A DNA stretch of 64,000 nucleotides from Candidatus Magasanikiibacteriota bacterium (lineage in GTDB: Bacteria > Patescibacteriota > Patescibacteriia > Magasanikbacterales > UBA922): assembly GCA_052033375.1 (NCBI GenBank), contig JBPOJQ010000003.1, positions 10,503 to 74,502 of the forward strand, written 5' to 3'. The translations under genes were made by a program, and so were the position numbers. Positions within the stretch are counted from its first letter, which is position 1. Each line of letters opens with the position of its first letter. Under the pieces are notes generated by a model. The model made no database searches. It worked only from the letters and a program-made list of their open reading frames with translations, and was not told the origin of the DNA. This document shows positions 32,366 through 43,399 of this stretch, piece by piece.

Positions 32366-32366
32366 C

Positions 32367-33155
32367 ATGAAACTTCCACACGCTCTTATCGGGCACACTG
32401 GTTTTGTAGGTAGTAATTTAGCACGCCAACACCGATTTGAATTACAATACAACTCGCGTACTATTGCCGAAAGTTCTGGAAAACAGGTCGATTTGTTAGT
32501 ATGCGCAGGCGCGCCAGGAACGAAATGGCTTGCCAATAGGGACCCTGAGCATGACTGGAAAAACATTCAGGCCCTCATGGAGAGCTTATCACATATACAG
32601 GCGCGCACCTGCGTCCTAATTTCTACTATTGATGTATACGCACCCGCTTATAGAGTCAATGAAAATTCCCCTATTGACCCTTCGATGTTGACAAGTTATG
32701 GAAAACATCGCCGGTTACTTGAAGAATTTGTGATTACACATTTTAATAGCCTCATCATACGATTGCCAGGTATTTTCGGTAATGGTCTTAAAAAAAATGT
32801 TATTTATGATTTTATACATAAAAACACAGACTCTCACGATGCTCGCAGTGTTCTCCAGTTCTACTCACTAGACCATCTCTGGTCTGACATTGAAAAAGCA
32901 ATACATCATGGACTTACACATCTGAATATTGCGACCGAACCAACCACCTTGCGTGAAATGGCAAAAGAAATTTTTAACATTAATTTTGATCACGAACCTA
33001 CTATCACCCCAGCTTACTATGACATGCAGACACTGCACGCACCTCTATGGGGTATGGAGTCACCCTATCTGTATACAAAAAAAGACGTGTTTATAGATCT
33101 TAAAAATTTCATCCACCAAAACTATACAATAGCAGATGCTCCACACCCCCGCTAG
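32367..33155 (+). CDS. Short NAD(P)-binding Rossmann sugar-nucleotide enzyme
   Basis: IGHTGFVGSNL, ISTIDVY, YGKHR, RLPGIFG..LKKNVIYD. Confidence 0.8.
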   Translation: MKLPHALIGHTGFVGSNLARQHRFELQYNSRTIAESSGKQVDLLVCAGAPGTKWLANRDPEHDWKNIQALMESLSHIQARTCVLISTIDVYAPAYRVNENSPIDPSMLTSYGKHRRLLEEFVITHFNSLIIRLPGIFGNGLKKNVIYDFIHKNTDSHDARSVLQFYSLDHLWSDIEKAIHHGLTHLNIATEPTTLREMAKEIFNINFDHEPTITPAYYDMQTLHAPLWGMESPYLYTKKDVFIDLKNFIHQNYTIADAPHPR

Positions 33156-34450
33156 ACCGGCTGTCTCGGGGGTTTTTTAAATAGATACATTACCACACAC
33201 GCGCTATATAGATGGACAGCAACAGTCCCCATACCGAATGCGACCACTGCACCTATCACACCATACTGTGGGATAAAGAGGAGTCCACACATCACATTGA
33301 TGATTAATTGCAGAAATCCAGAGAAAGCAATAAGGTCTGTACGATTGTATACAGATATGATAAGGGGCAAAGGAATAGCCAAAAAATTCACCAGTGTAAA
33401 GTAGCTCAAATATGTATAAAGTGGCATAGAAGCTGCATACTTTTCACCAAAAATAAGAGACACAACAAACTGTGATGGATAAATACAGAAAGCCAGGAGT
33501 ACTGCAACAGGTACAATCCATTTAAAAACTTTTTTGGAGTAGGCCGCAAGTTCTTCCCTAGAAGTAATCTTGCTAATCTTCGGAATTAATACTGATGAGA
33601 TTGATTGAATTGCTAAACTATAGATGAAAATAAATTGAAATGCCACTGAATATATTGCAACCTGTCCCAGATCCAAAAAATTACTAATTAGTATTTGATC
33701 AATACGACTAGAAACGATTGCAGAAAATGACCAAATGGTAATCCAGAAACTATATCGCGCCAATTGTGAATGTAACTTTTTCTTCACATCTTCTTCTACT
33801 TTTATAGTATTAAAATTTTTGGGAAGTTTATGATAGAGCATTCCTAATAAAATCCATGGAATCAGCAAATACGCTAAAATCAATACATACAAATTCGTCA
33901 CCTTACATACAAGCAAAATCATAATGATGAGAAATCGAAGAATCCCTTTGAGTCCTTGCAACATCGAAGTCAATGTGAAATGCTGCATCGCTTGCAAATA
34001 TGTGGTGACAAACCCAAGTAAAATCACACCTCCCACACCCAAAAAAGAAAGGCGGAGTAGCCCTGTAATTGCGGGTTGCTTGAATATATATACTGCAATA
34101 TATTTTGCAAAAATGATTCCACCTACCGTAAGTATAGCCGACATGGTCAAACGCCAACGCCATACCGTCTTAACCAGCTGCGTCAGTTTACCGACCTCAT
34201 TACGCTCTCGGTAATAAGGGGCAAACCTAAGGAATCCAGCATTCAGTCCAAAATCGGATAATTCAGCAACAGTGCCCAATACCAAAATTGCCAATGAAAA
34301 TGCGCCAAAATTTTCTTTACTCAGCATGTGAGCTAATACAACATTCAGAGCAAACAATGCACCCCCATTGGCGAGTGCCCCTCCATACACAAACACAGCT
34401 TCATGGAGTGTTTTAGTCGATGCAATATTTTTTATCTTAACGAAGCGCAT
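33152..34450 (-). CDS. wzx: Wzx-type oligosaccharide flippase
   Basis: About 12 TM; DFGL, RIDQILI, VAIYSVA, IFGEKY, FIPQYGVIGA. Confidence 0.85.
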   Translation of the reverse strand: MRFVKIKNIASTKTLHEAVFVYGGALANGGALFALNVVLAHMLSKENFGAFSLAILVLGTVAELSDFGLNAGFLRFAPYYRERNEVGKLTQLVKTVWRWRLTMSAILTVGGIIFAKYIAVYIFKQPAITGLLRLSFLGVGGVILLGFVTTYLQAMQHFTLTSMLQGLKGILRFLIIMILLVCKVTNLYVLILAYLLIPWILLGMLYHKLPKNFNTIKVEEDVKKKLHSQLARYSFWITIWSFSAIVSSRIDQILISNFLDLGQVAIYSVAFQFIFIYSLAIQSISSVLIPKISKITSREELAAYSKKVFKWIVPVAVLLAFCIYPSQFVVSLIFGEKYAASMPLYTYLSYFTLVNFLAIPLPLIISVYNRTDLIAFSGFLQLIINVMCGLLFIPQYGVIGAVVAFGMGTVAVHLYSACVVMYLFKKPPRQPV

Positions 34451-35894
34451 AAGAAATTTTACGCCATTGCAGAAGTTGGTACAACGGATAGAGAATAATA
34501 AGTACTACCACGTAATAATAGTACCATAATTGTGTATCATTACCAGGTAACAAGAGCCCTGGAATATAAAACAAAAAAGGGGCCGCGGACAGCCAGCGGA
34601 TACCATTCTGTACTCTAGCATTACATGTGTCTGCAAGAAGAATCGCAGCGAACGGAATCAGCCAAATAACATACCAAGGGAAAAAAGATTTCTGCCACAC
34701 CAATAAATATACACTTAACCCAATATACGTCATTTGAATATATTCCTGTGTGGTTGCTACATATTTTTTCACCGCAATAGCATATGCCTTCGTACACAAT
34801 GGCCAAAGCAGAAATAATACCATAACACCTAATGATCCCTGGACTAATCGTGTGAGCCACCAGTGGGCTGACTGTGATTCACTGAATATAGCCTGCATTA
34901 TTGGTGAAAACGAATAATATATTGAAGCAAAAATGCTTTGGGCTGCCCATTTGCTTTGTAGAATAAGTGGATAAAACACCTGAAAACCTTGCCACAATCC
35001 AGACCAGGATACGACACTTACAAGCATCATCGCTATCATACTGCCCACCCCCTCTCGAAGATGTGTTTTCCATTTCTTCCGTTCTACCGTTTGCCACCAC
35101 CATAATACAAATACTGGCACCAAAAAAATAGGGATAAACTTCAACCATATCCCGACTGTTAGCGCACTTGCCACTACTACCCAACGCCTGTGTATAGCGC
35201 CTGCAAATGCAAGAAGTACCATACAAATCCAAAGCCCATCAAAATGTCCAGCAACCACCCATTCCCAAATTAAAAGTGGTTGTACAATCAACCAGGCAGT
35301 ACTCACATGCTTATGCGCATTTATTTGTCTACTCACATACTGCACCAGATAACTAACCCCAACCAGAGCACCCACCATCACAATCTTCCACAAAAAGCAG
35401 AAAAGAAGAAAATTACCTCGGCTTATCTTATAAAAAAAATCGAACAAGTGAACAGCCAATGGTCCGTACATTACACCATTTGTCTGACTCGACATCGCAT
35501 ACAATGGAGTCGTAACGAGTGTCCAATCTTCGACATATGGATTATTCGTTGCACCACCAATACTATAATAAAAACGCATATCAGCTGAGGTGAACGGAAT
35601 TACACATACTGCAGCTAATAAAATACCAATCAACCATATTTTTTCTTTTTTGCGCAATGATATATCAAAAGATAGAGTGCTCAAAAACCAACTAACATAT
35701 GTCAGCAAACCACACACCATAAGTACCGCCAATACTTGAACTATTTTTTGGTGGCCACCGGGTGCTGTACACCATGGCCAGTTAAAAATAAAACTACACT
35801 CATTAGAATAAACAAAAAATCTATTATATAGAGTTACTAATGCCCCCCCTACCAAAACCACAGAGAGAGCTCGTACATATTTTGTAGCGATCAT
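34437..35894 (-). CDS. GT-C fold membrane glycosyltransferase (MptA/B or GT87-like)
   Basis: SADMRFY, NPY, MYGPL, GHFDG, LKF, FFPWYVIW; many TM helices. Confidence 0.78.
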   Translation of the reverse strand: MIATKYVRALSVVLVGGALVTLYNRFFVYSNECSFIFNWPWCTAPGGHQKIVQVLAVLMVCGLLTYVSWFLSTLSFDISLRKKEKIWLIGILLAAVCVIPFTSADMRFYYSIGGATNNPYVEDWTLVTTPLYAMSSQTNGVMYGPLAVHLFDFFYKISRGNFLLFCFLWKIVMVGALVGVSYLVQYVSRQINAHKHVSTAWLIVQPLLIWEWVVAGHFDGLWICMVLLAFAGAIHRRWVVVASALTVGIWLKFIPIFLVPVFVLWWWQTVERKKWKTHLREGVGSMIAMMLVSVVSWSGLWQGFQVFYPLILQSKWAAQSIFASIYYSFSPIMQAIFSESQSAHWWLTRLVQGSLGVMVLFLLWPLCTKAYAIAVKKYVATTQEYIQMTYIGLSVYLLVWQKSFFPWYVIWLIPFAAILLADTCNARVQNGIRWLSAAPFLFYIPGLLLPGNDTQLWYYYYVVVLIILYPLYQLLQWRKISYALR

Positions 35895-36619
35895 ATACGA
35901 GGTTTGCGGACTACTGCAAAAAGAGACAGCCCAAAAGGAAGCCTATGAAATAACCTGAAACACCCCAATTCAATACTGTACAACGTTCGCATAACAAAAT
36001 TTATCACCCTAGAAGCTGGTCGCACATCTGATTCACCATTATTTTTGAAAAAACGTTGTATTACACGCATACCCGCTGCCGGCGCGAGAATAATCAAATG
36101 TATCCAACTTATAAACTCCACAGTACATGATGTAGTCAATACCTTTCTTAACCCCTCCTTGCTGTAGCGACGAACATGATGGAGGGCATGGTCATGGTAG
36201 GAAAATAATGATTGATGCGCTGGCACCGTAACAATAAATATTCCTCCGGGTTTTAACACCCGCGCCACCTCCTGTACAGCTGCCGCATCATCAGTGATAT
36301 GTTCCAATACATCTGACGCAATTACAACATCAAATGAACTATTTTGAAAAGGAAGCTTTTCAGCGAATCCATGATGCACGGTTAGATTCTTTTTTCTACA
36401 ATACTGTAAGGCATTCTCACTCATATCAACTCCTTCTACCGTGTAATTTTTTGATCGGACAAAATCCATGATAGCGCCTGTACCACAACCGATATCTAAA
36501 ACACTCGTACCCGCTACGGCGTATCGATCGAGTGCATTCGAGATATAATCACGTTTTGCAACAAACCACCAGTGACTTTTTTCAACCATGTCCATTTTTG
36601 CGTATTCTTGTAATTCCAT
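35891..36619 (-). CDS. Class I SAM-dependent methyltransferase
   Basis: HWWF, LDIGCGTG, DVLEH, TVPA....S.HD...HVRRY. Confidence 0.9.
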   Translation of the reverse strand: MELQEYAKMDMVEKSHWWFVAKRDYISNALDRYAVAGTSVLDIGCGTGAIMDFVRSKNYTVEGVDMSENALQYCRKKNLTVHHGFAEKLPFQNSSFDVVIASDVLEHITDDAAAVQEVARVLKPGGIFIVTVPAHQSLFSYHDHALHHVRRYSKEGLRKVLTTSCTVEFISWIHLIILAPAAGMRVIQRFFKNNGESDVRPASRVINFVMRTLYSIELGCFRLFHRLPFGLSLFAVVRKPRI

Positions 36620-36624
36620 ACTAT

Positions 36625-37350
36625 TTAATGATACAAACCTTTTAGACGATTTAGAAATATCTGACCAAGTTCTTTAATTGAACTTATAATAGCTTTTCCG
36701 ACATGCACACGTGAATCTTCATCATGGACCCAGGCGACCGGCATTTCACGAATTGATAATTTTTTGAAATGCGCAATATACAAGAGCTCAGTATCAAAAC
36801 CCCAACGATTGATATGCGCTCTCGAAAAAATAGTATTCACCGCCGCTTTCGAAAAACATTTAAAACCACACGTAAAATCAGTAATACCCGGCACAAGTAT
36901 ATTTGAAAGTTTGGTAAAACCGCGACCCAAAAAGGTTCTCAGTCTTGATTCACCTTTTTTAATCTCTGCACCCTGTAACCGACGACTGCCAATCACTACC
37001 ATGTCATCAGGTTGTAAAAACGTCAACAAATGATTGAATTCACTCAGTGGTGTTGCAAGATCTATGTCAAAAAAAATAATCCACTCCCCTGTTGCATGTT
37101 TGACTCCTTCTCGCACAGCATACCCTTTCCCCTGATTCTCATTGTAGCTCACGATGATAAAATTATATTTTGTACGATATTTTTCAAGAATGATTTTGGT
37201 CTGATCACACGATCCATCATCTACAAATATAATTTCGCTATTCACCCCTAGGTGATTAAAAAAAGAAAAAATAGCATCAATTGTTTTTGGTATTCTACTT
37301 TCCTCATTATAGACCGGAATCACTATAGAATAAAGTGCTTGCGTATGCAT
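36625..37350 (-). CDS. Polyprenyl-phosphate beta-glucosyltransferase-like GT2 (ALG5-like)
   Basis: IPVYNE, NQGKGYAV, DIDLATP, DFTCGFK, WGFDTE. Confidence 0.88.
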   Translation of the reverse strand: MHTQALYSIVIPVYNEESRIPKTIDAIFSFFNHLGVNSEIIFVDDGSCDQTKIILEKYRTKYNFIIVSYNENQGKGYAVREGVKHATGEWIIFFDIDLATPLSEFNHLLTFLQPDDMVVIGSRRLQGAEIKKGESRLRTFLGRGFTKLSNILVPGITDFTCGFKCFSKAAVNTIFSRAHINRWGFDTELLYIAHFKKLSIREMPVAWVHDEDSRVHVGKAIISSIKELGQIFLNRLKGLYH

Positions 37351-37436
37351 AGCGCAATTTTTAGATAGTAGTTTTGATAGAAATTACATTGCTTTTTCAC
37401 ACGCTCTGTTATATTTGAAATTACGAAACTATTCTG

Positions 37437-39521
37437 TTATTTGGCTTGGATTACAGGTTCTGTGGTCAGTAGTTGCTCGAGTATCGGTTTCCAACTTTCA
37501 TTCAATAAATATACGGTCGAACTACCAAACCAACCGAGTACTTTTTCTGATGTTTCTTTTGCTTCTTGCGTTTTATTCTGTGCGGCATATACCAGCGCTA
37601 ATCGCACCCACCCCTCACCAATACTCTCGAAATCACTGATTGATCGCTTGAGCACCTCTTCTGCCTCAGGTAATCTACCTTGTTGAATATAATTTTGCGC
37701 AAGTCCATAGAGAAATTGTTGACGTTTTGGCGATAGTTCAACCGCACGATGAAGCGCACCCTCGCTTTGTATCAAAAAATCTTTATTCTGCGTTGCTTGA
37801 TATAATAATTCGTATAACTGAGATAATACGAAATGTACCCGAACATCCAGAGGATGGAGGAGTTGATTTTTCTTAAGTTCTTCAACTGTTTCGTTGAACA
37901 GTATGACGGCCTGTTCGCCTTTCCCTTGCTGAATGAGCTGAGGAATTACCCCGAGAACTGTACGCGAAATATCATTACGTATATCATCGATATGCGGACT
38001 TGAAAATTCCAATGCATCATCATACAGTTGGGAAGTTGCAACCCCTGCATATACTTTTTGTATTGCCGTAATTGTCGCCTTGTTTGCACGTGCCGGTGTG
38101 ATGTTGGTCACATAGACCAATCCTAATACCATAATACCAATCATTACTACTAGACCAGACGACACATTTCGATTTGAATCTAGAGAAATGTTTTTTGCTG
38201 TTTTTACTACTTCTTCTTTTTCTTTTTTCTTCGAGACTACGCCACGTATTGAGAATGCCACGAATGCTAGAAAGACAAAAAAATACAAATACGATGTCGG
38301 ATTTTCAAATACCGTCACCAGTCCGACAAAATGCGCTACCAAAAATGAAGCCGAGATGTATCCTACCTGACGTCTAATCGTATTTCTTCTCACGCCAATA
38401 AAGATAAGAATACAAGCTGCGATATAGATACTGAGGTACAGTAATATGCCGACAACCCCCTGTACGGTAAGCGTATTAAAGATAACACTATGCGCATTAT
38501 CAAACCAGGTTTCATTCCATCCAAATTTCAAAAACTCAGGATTGTAATGTTCATTAAATGCATAATAAAAATTATTAGGCCCCCACCCGAATAATGGTTT
38601 CTCCTTCCACGCCTCGACTGCGGTCTTCCAAGCCATCGGACGTGTACTTTCAGTCGAATCGAGCGAAAACGAGGTATTGAGAAGCCGACCAAGTCCTGGA
38701 ATTCCTGACACAAACGCAGTTTGTCTAAAAACAAATAACAGCGCAATAATTACTACTCCTACTGCTGCGAGGTAGGTAATCAGCGTGCGAGTTTTACTTT
38801 TTTCCTTCTCCAATACAATATAGCAAAACGCAAGTGTCACAAAACCTGCGAGCATTCCCAGTATCGCACCTCGAGTTCCCCCCAAAAATATACCAAAAAA
38901 ACCCAACAGTCCCACTCCTAATGCACTATATTTCCAATTTTTATTCTGTTCTCTAAAAAATTGCAACCCCCCTAAAAACATTAAAAACAGTCCATATCCA
39001 CTATAATAAATAGAATTTCCTAATGTCGCAGATACACGCCATGAACCACTATTGAGCAATGCCTGCGGGTCTACAAACTTTTGCCACACCCCAATCAACA
39101 TTACAATTGAACCCAGTACAAGCGCTGATCGAAAAATTATATTCCATTCACGATCAGACTCAATTACTGATGCGGCAATCATGTATAACAACACATAGTG
39201 GGTAATCGTAAATAACCCCAACATACGTTCATGATTGTCCCAAAAACTATGATACCAATCGACTCCGGTAAACGTAGAGATAGCAAAACTGAGCCAAAAT
39301 AATAAGATACTAATCGTCAAAAATGAAAAACGTGGTCTATATTTTTTGAAATTTGAAATCAACATTACCCCATAACATCCTGCAATTATGAGCACGAGCG
39401 ATCGAAAAAAGACAATTTTAGGAACAATAAACGGAAAAATGTAATTGTTTAAGATAATCAATGGTGTAATAAATGTAGCCGCAATCAGATACGGAAGTGC
39501 TCGCCTGATGATAGTCGTCAT
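37437..39521 (-). CDS. O-antigen ligase / O-oligosaccharyltransferase-like membrane protein with C-terminal TPR
   Basis: ATLGN, TRGA, R..AW...KPLFGWGPNNF, DNAHS, TPR-like helices. Start moved to ATG 39521 because of the promoter at 39554-39582. Confidence 0.85.
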   Translation of the reverse strand: MTTIIRRALPYLIAATFITPLIILNNYIFPFIVPKIVFFRSLVLIIAGCYGVMLISNFKKYRPRFSFLTISILLFWLSFAISTFTGVDWYHSFWDNHERMLGLFTITHYVLLYMIAASVIESDREWNIIFRSALVLGSIVMLIGVWQKFVDPQALLNSGSWRVSATLGNSIYYSGYGLFLMFLGGLQFFREQNKNWKYSALGVGLLGFFGIFLGGTRGAILGMLAGFVTLAFCYIVLEKEKSKTRTLITYLAAVGVVIIALLFVFRQTAFVSGIPGLGRLLNTSFSLDSTESTRPMAWKTAVEAWKEKPLFGWGPNNFYYAFNEHYNPEFLKFGWNETWFDNAHSVIFNTLTVQGVVGILLYLSIYIAACILIFIGVRRNTIRRQVGYISASFLVAHFVGLVTVFENPTSYLYFFVFLAFVAFSIRGVVSKKKEKEEVVKTAKNISLDSNRNVSSGLVVMIGIMVLGLVYVTNITPARANKATITAIQKVYAGVATSQLYDDALEFSSPHIDDIRNDISRTVLGVIPQLIQQGKGEQAVILFNETVEELKKNQLLHPLDVRVHFVLSQLYELLYQATQNKDFLIQSEGALHRAVELSPKRQQFLYGLAQNYIQQGRLPEAEEVLKRSISDFESIGEGWVRLALVYAAQNKTQEAKETSEKVLGWFGSSTVYLLNESWKPILEQLLTTEPVIQAK

Positions 39522-39553
39522 ACCTGCTGAATTTTTAAAATTTATGCCCACTC

Positions 39554-39582
39554 ACTATAGCCCAAATAAGCCCTAATTGCAA
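39554..39582 (-). promoter_or_regulatory. sigma70-type promoter
   Basis: Minus strand TTGCAA-17 nt-TATAGT. Confidence 0.6.
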
Positions 39583-39609
39583 CCCTCATAAAGAAACTTA
39601 CGCCTTACC

Positions 39610-39651
39610 AAAAACACAACCCCGCCCTTCGAGAAGGGCGGGGTGTGTGTT
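39610..39651 (-). terminator. Intrinsic terminator of the S-layer-like gene
   Basis: ACCCCGCCCTTC/GAAGGGCGGGGT inverted repeat; TGTGTTTTT tail on the minus strand. Confidence 0.8.
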
Positions 39652-39692
39652 CTGTATTACTACAGAACAGATGGGAATACTCTCAAACTATG

Positions 39693-42600
39693 TTAGTTCA
39701 AAGTACCACCTACGACATCTGGATATCCAGACCATCGAGGTTCCATCTTCTTCAAGTCGGTGTATGACACGTCATTGGTATTGTCATTGTTAATGTCATA
39801 ACCCCATACAATTCCTGACGAGTCAACATCCTGGAGACTTCCCTGAGCGAACTTATCAGTAACGCCTGAGAAGGTTCCACGAACTTCGAACTGTACAGTC
39901 TCACCACTGTTGACACGTCGGTCGTCAACGTTTGTAAACTGAGTAAGGTCTACAGTTGTAGCATTACCAGCTTGTGAAACATGGTGGAGATTTCCTGGAG
40001 AAGTCCATGGAGTTGTTGTTGCCAAGTCAATACAGTTTCCTGTACTTACACGGCAAAGCTTCGTACCAGTAACACTTGAAGCGTCTGTTGCAAGCTGTAG
40101 TTTCAAGCTTGTTAAGAGAACATCGAGAGTGTCACCGTCTTCATCAGTGTTTGATCCTGCGTTTGCGGTAACTGAGAAGGTGAAGAAGGTCTGTTCACCA
40201 CCAGCAAGATTTCCATCTACAAAGCTGGTAGCAACGTTAGTTACCTGCGCACCTACTACAGTCATTTTCTTTCCAAGAGTCTCAGTAACAGTGATATCAC
40301 TTGCTGAGAGGTCACTCTTTGAAGAGACACCTTCTGCAGTAGTGTTATCATCTTCAAGTCTGAGTTTCAAATCAACACTTGAAGTTGCAGTACCATTGTC
40401 ACCGTTTCCAATGCCATTAACATTGATTCCGATATAGAGATACTTGGTAGTATCACGAGGTACTACATAGTTAACATCTTCGAGGGTGGTAGTAACACCA
40501 TTTCCAGTCTGACCACCTGAGAAATCATCAGTTCCAAGAGGTTTGGTCATTGCTGCATCCTCGTAGAGAGTAATCGATGCAAAGGTAGAATCGAGCACTG
40601 AAACAGTGTCTCCACCACCATTGTCGGTTGAAGTTGCAAAGATTACGAGATCCTTGAGTTTGATATCTTCGTTAGTTGCACGGAGCTGAATACGACCTGC
40701 AAGGTGCTTTGAAGTACCTGCGAGTACATAGTGGTCATTTCGAAGACCAGTGTAGTTGGTGTCGATTACAGCTTCGAGTGTACCAGAACCAGAAACGGTT
40801 ACGATACGACTACTTACAACTGCAGCTCCTGAGATTGCAGCGCCACTAGCGTTTTCTGCATCTACAGTATCGCCATCTTCGTCTTCTGCATCAACATCAG
40901 AAACCTGGGTCTCGATACTTCCAGTAGCGGATCCATCAGTGATGTTTGCATACACTTCGAAGTTGACTTTGTTTGCTGAGCCAGCCTTTACTACATAGCT
41001 AAATCCATTGAAGAGAGCGATTTCATCGTCTACATCACTTGTATTGTCTACAAGGTCAGTAGCGGTGTCTACAGCTTCTCCTACTGGAGCGATGTAGAGT
41101 TTCATCTCGTCAACGAGTGACTGCCAGAGATCACTGTCGTTTGATCCTTCAGTGATTTCAAGTGAGGTCACAGTAACGTCTGAAGTAGAACCAGCTTCAA
41201 GTGTACCACGGAATACGAGTACACTGTCAGTTCCAGCTACTACAGTCTCATCACTCAATGCTGAACTTCGTACAGTCAAAGATGAAGGACTTACAGTCAT
41301 TGTAGGACCAGTAAGGTTCGAACTTGAGAAGTCAGAAGTAGAGATTGCATTGTCAGATGATACACCTTCTGCATCAACATCAGATGCTGCCCAAGTGAAG
41401 TAATATGCATCACTTTCAACAGCATTACTTGCGATGTCACCTACGATTTCAAATTCATAGGTTACACCTTTGGTAAGACTCATGTTTTCTGCAGTGGTAG
41501 TAGCGTTTGCAGTTCCTGTAGTACAGGTTGCATCATAGTCAAGAGAGTAACTTCCCTTGCCATTCTTTTCACGCAAGCGAAGATCTTCGAGACATACAGC
41601 TGAATTTGGACGCATTACTACGAATTTCATTTCACTTGCATCAATATCTTCAGCAGTTGAAAGAATAGTAAAGGTACCAAATACTACATCATTCTGGTCT
41701 ACACGTACATCTTCGTTGGTTCCTTCAAGATCAACATTGATCTTTCCACCCTGAAGAGTTACAACGAGTGCGTCGTCAGCACCAGTACTTTGCAAGTTGT
41801 TGGTCACACCTGCGAGACTTCCAGGGAAGTCTACACTGTATGCCATTACATCAGCTTTTTCGTCGAGTACGAGTTCTACAGTATCACTGGTGTCAGCGAT
41901 TCCAAGATCAGCGTACACTTTGAGACGTTCAGTGTCTCCTGCTTCAACAGTAACTTTCTGGGTGAAATCAAATTTAACCCAGTCTCCGGTTACTACACCT
42001 GAAGCGATCAAAGCTCCACCTTGCATCAATTTCACGTTGGTCAAAACTGTTGCAGGAGCGGTTCCTTTTTGCTTCAAGGTAATACCAGTTACTTCTACAT
42101 CGTCAGTAGCTGCAGCAGTAATATCAAATTCACTTACTACTACATTGTTCTGACCGATCTTTGCACTTGCATCAGATCCACGACCAGTAACGGTGACGGT
42201 TCCAATATCTTGTGCTCCAAGTGTTACTGCATTACCACGAACTGGGAATGAACCACCTACTGAACCAGTAGCATCTACATCAGACGCTGTTCTGATTTCA
42301 AAGTAGTTCTGATCACCAGCAGTTGCAGTAGCATCAACATTCATGTCAGCTTTTACCCAGAATGTTTCAGTAGAGTTTGCTGAGATAGCTTTGTTGACAT
42401 TGAAAGTAACTTCATCATCGGTGTTCAATGAACGACCATTGTCGAGTCGAACTCCATTGTGATAGAGGTATACTTTTGCAAAGTCATTTCGACTTCCGAT
42501 TCCAGCTCGTTTCAAAGTAACCTGTTCAAGGGTACCAGCTGAAGATCCAGCTCGAACTGAGAATGCGAGATATTCAACTCCCTGTGCACCCATAGGTACA

Positions 42601-43382
42601 ACTCGTGAAGCTGAAGTATTTGAAGCGAGACTTACGGTAAGTGCTCCAGTGGTAGGGGTAGGTGCACTTCCATCAACCTGTGTTGGGTTTTCAAACGCAG
42701 TGTTTACAGTTACTGATCCACTTGCAACTGAAAGAGTAGCAAATGTTTCAGCTGATACAGTGCGAACGTCTGGTACACTTGATCCATCTACTTTGTGGAG
42801 CATACCATCTTTTACCCAATATACTGTTGATTCACCTGACTTCTTAACAAATTGTCCATCATGTGGTTTTGACTGACTCCAAGTAGTTCGGGTGTCAGTG
42901 TAGTTTGACCAGTGGAATGGACTAACGTCACGAAGAACAGATGCCCAGTTTGTTCCATAGAGAGCAGCTGCTGATTCTCCAGTGAGCTGTACGAGTTTGT
43001 TACCAGGGGTAACAGCGAATACAGCTGGAGCGTCTGAAAGTTTTACCAAGCGTGAACCAGGTCGGTAATCAATACCTGCTGGAGTAGCTACTGGGTAAGC
43101 AAAAAGACATTCACCAGATACAGTTACTACATCGTTGAAACTAAGATTCCAACTATTGAATACATCCACATGTGGGAAGTATGCGCGTTCCATGCCAGCG
43201 GTAAGATAATATACTGCTGAAGCACCTGACGCTTTAAACAAATCTCCTGCTTCGAGCTCTGGACAGGTTGCAGCCTGAGCAACTGAAGGAACGAGAGCCG
43301 CAAGGCCCATGCTCCAAGCGATGGTTACTCCGACTACAGAGGCTGTGAAAAGCTTCTTGCCGAATTTCATTACATCATTCAT
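39693..43382 (-). CDS. Large secreted S-layer-like surface protein (1229 aa, tandem Ig-like beta domains)
   Basis: Signal peptide ending VAQA; GDLFK..SAVYY..R.YFP / RPGSRLVK N-terminal module typical of Parcubacteria surface proteins; T/S/D/V-rich; biased codon use suggesting high expression. Confidence 0.75.
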   Translation of the reverse strand: MNDVMKFGKKLFTASVVGVTIAWSMGLAALVPSVAQAATCPELEAGDLFKASGASAVYYLTAGMERAYFPHVDVFNSWNLSFNDVVTVSGECLFAYPVATPAGIDYRPGSRLVKLSDAPAVFAVTPGNKLVQLTGESAAALYGTNWASVLRDVSPFHWSNYTDTRTTWSQSKPHDGQFVKKSGESTVYWVKDGMLHKVDGSSVPDVRTVSAETFATLSVASGSVTVNTAFENPTQVDGSAPTPTTGALTVSLASNTSASRVVPMGAQGVEYLAFSVRAGSSAGTLEQVTLKRAGIGSRNDFAKVYLYHNGVRLDNGRSLNTDDEVTFNVNKAISANSTETFWVKADMNVDATATAGDQNYFEIRTASDVDATGSVGGSFPVRGNAVTLGAQDIGTVTVTGRGSDASAKIGQNNVVVSEFDITAAATDDVEVTGITLKQKGTAPATVLTNVKLMQGGALIASGVVTGDWVKFDFTQKVTVEAGDTERLKVYADLGIADTSDTVELVLDEKADVMAYSVDFPGSLAGVTNNLQSTGADDALVVTLQGGKINVDLEGTNEDVRVDQNDVVFGTFTILSTAEDIDASEMKFVVMRPNSAVCLEDLRLREKNGKGSYSLDYDATCTTGTANATTTAENMSLTKGVTYEFEIVGDIASNAVESDAYYFTWAASDVDAEGVSSDNAISTSDFSSSNLTGPTMTVSPSSLTVRSSALSDETVVAGTDSVLVFRGTLEAGSTSDVTVTSLEITEGSNDSDLWQSLVDEMKLYIAPVGEAVDTATDLVDNTSDVDDEIALFNGFSYVVKAGSANKVNFEVYANITDGSATGSIETQVSDVDAEDEDGDTVDAENASGAAISGAAVVSSRIVTVSGSGTLEAVIDTNYTGLRNDHYVLAGTSKHLAGRIQLRATNEDIKLKDLVIFATSTDNGGGDTVSVLDSTFASITLYEDAAMTKPLGTDDFSGGQTGNGVTTTLEDVNYVVPRDTTKYLYIGINVNGIGNGDNGTATSSVDLKLRLEDDNTTAEGVSSKSDLSASDITVTETLGKKMTVVGAQVTNVATSFVDGNLAGGEQTFFTFSVTANAGSNTDEDGDTLDVLLTSLKLQLATDASSVTGTKLCRVSTGNCIDLATTTPWTSPGNLHHVSQAGNATTVDLTQFTNVDDRRVNSGETVQFEVRGTFSGVTDKFAQGSLQDVDSSGIVWGYDINNDNTNDVSYTDLKKMEPRWSGYPDVVGGTLN

Positions 43383-43399
43383 AACTATTTTTAACCTTT

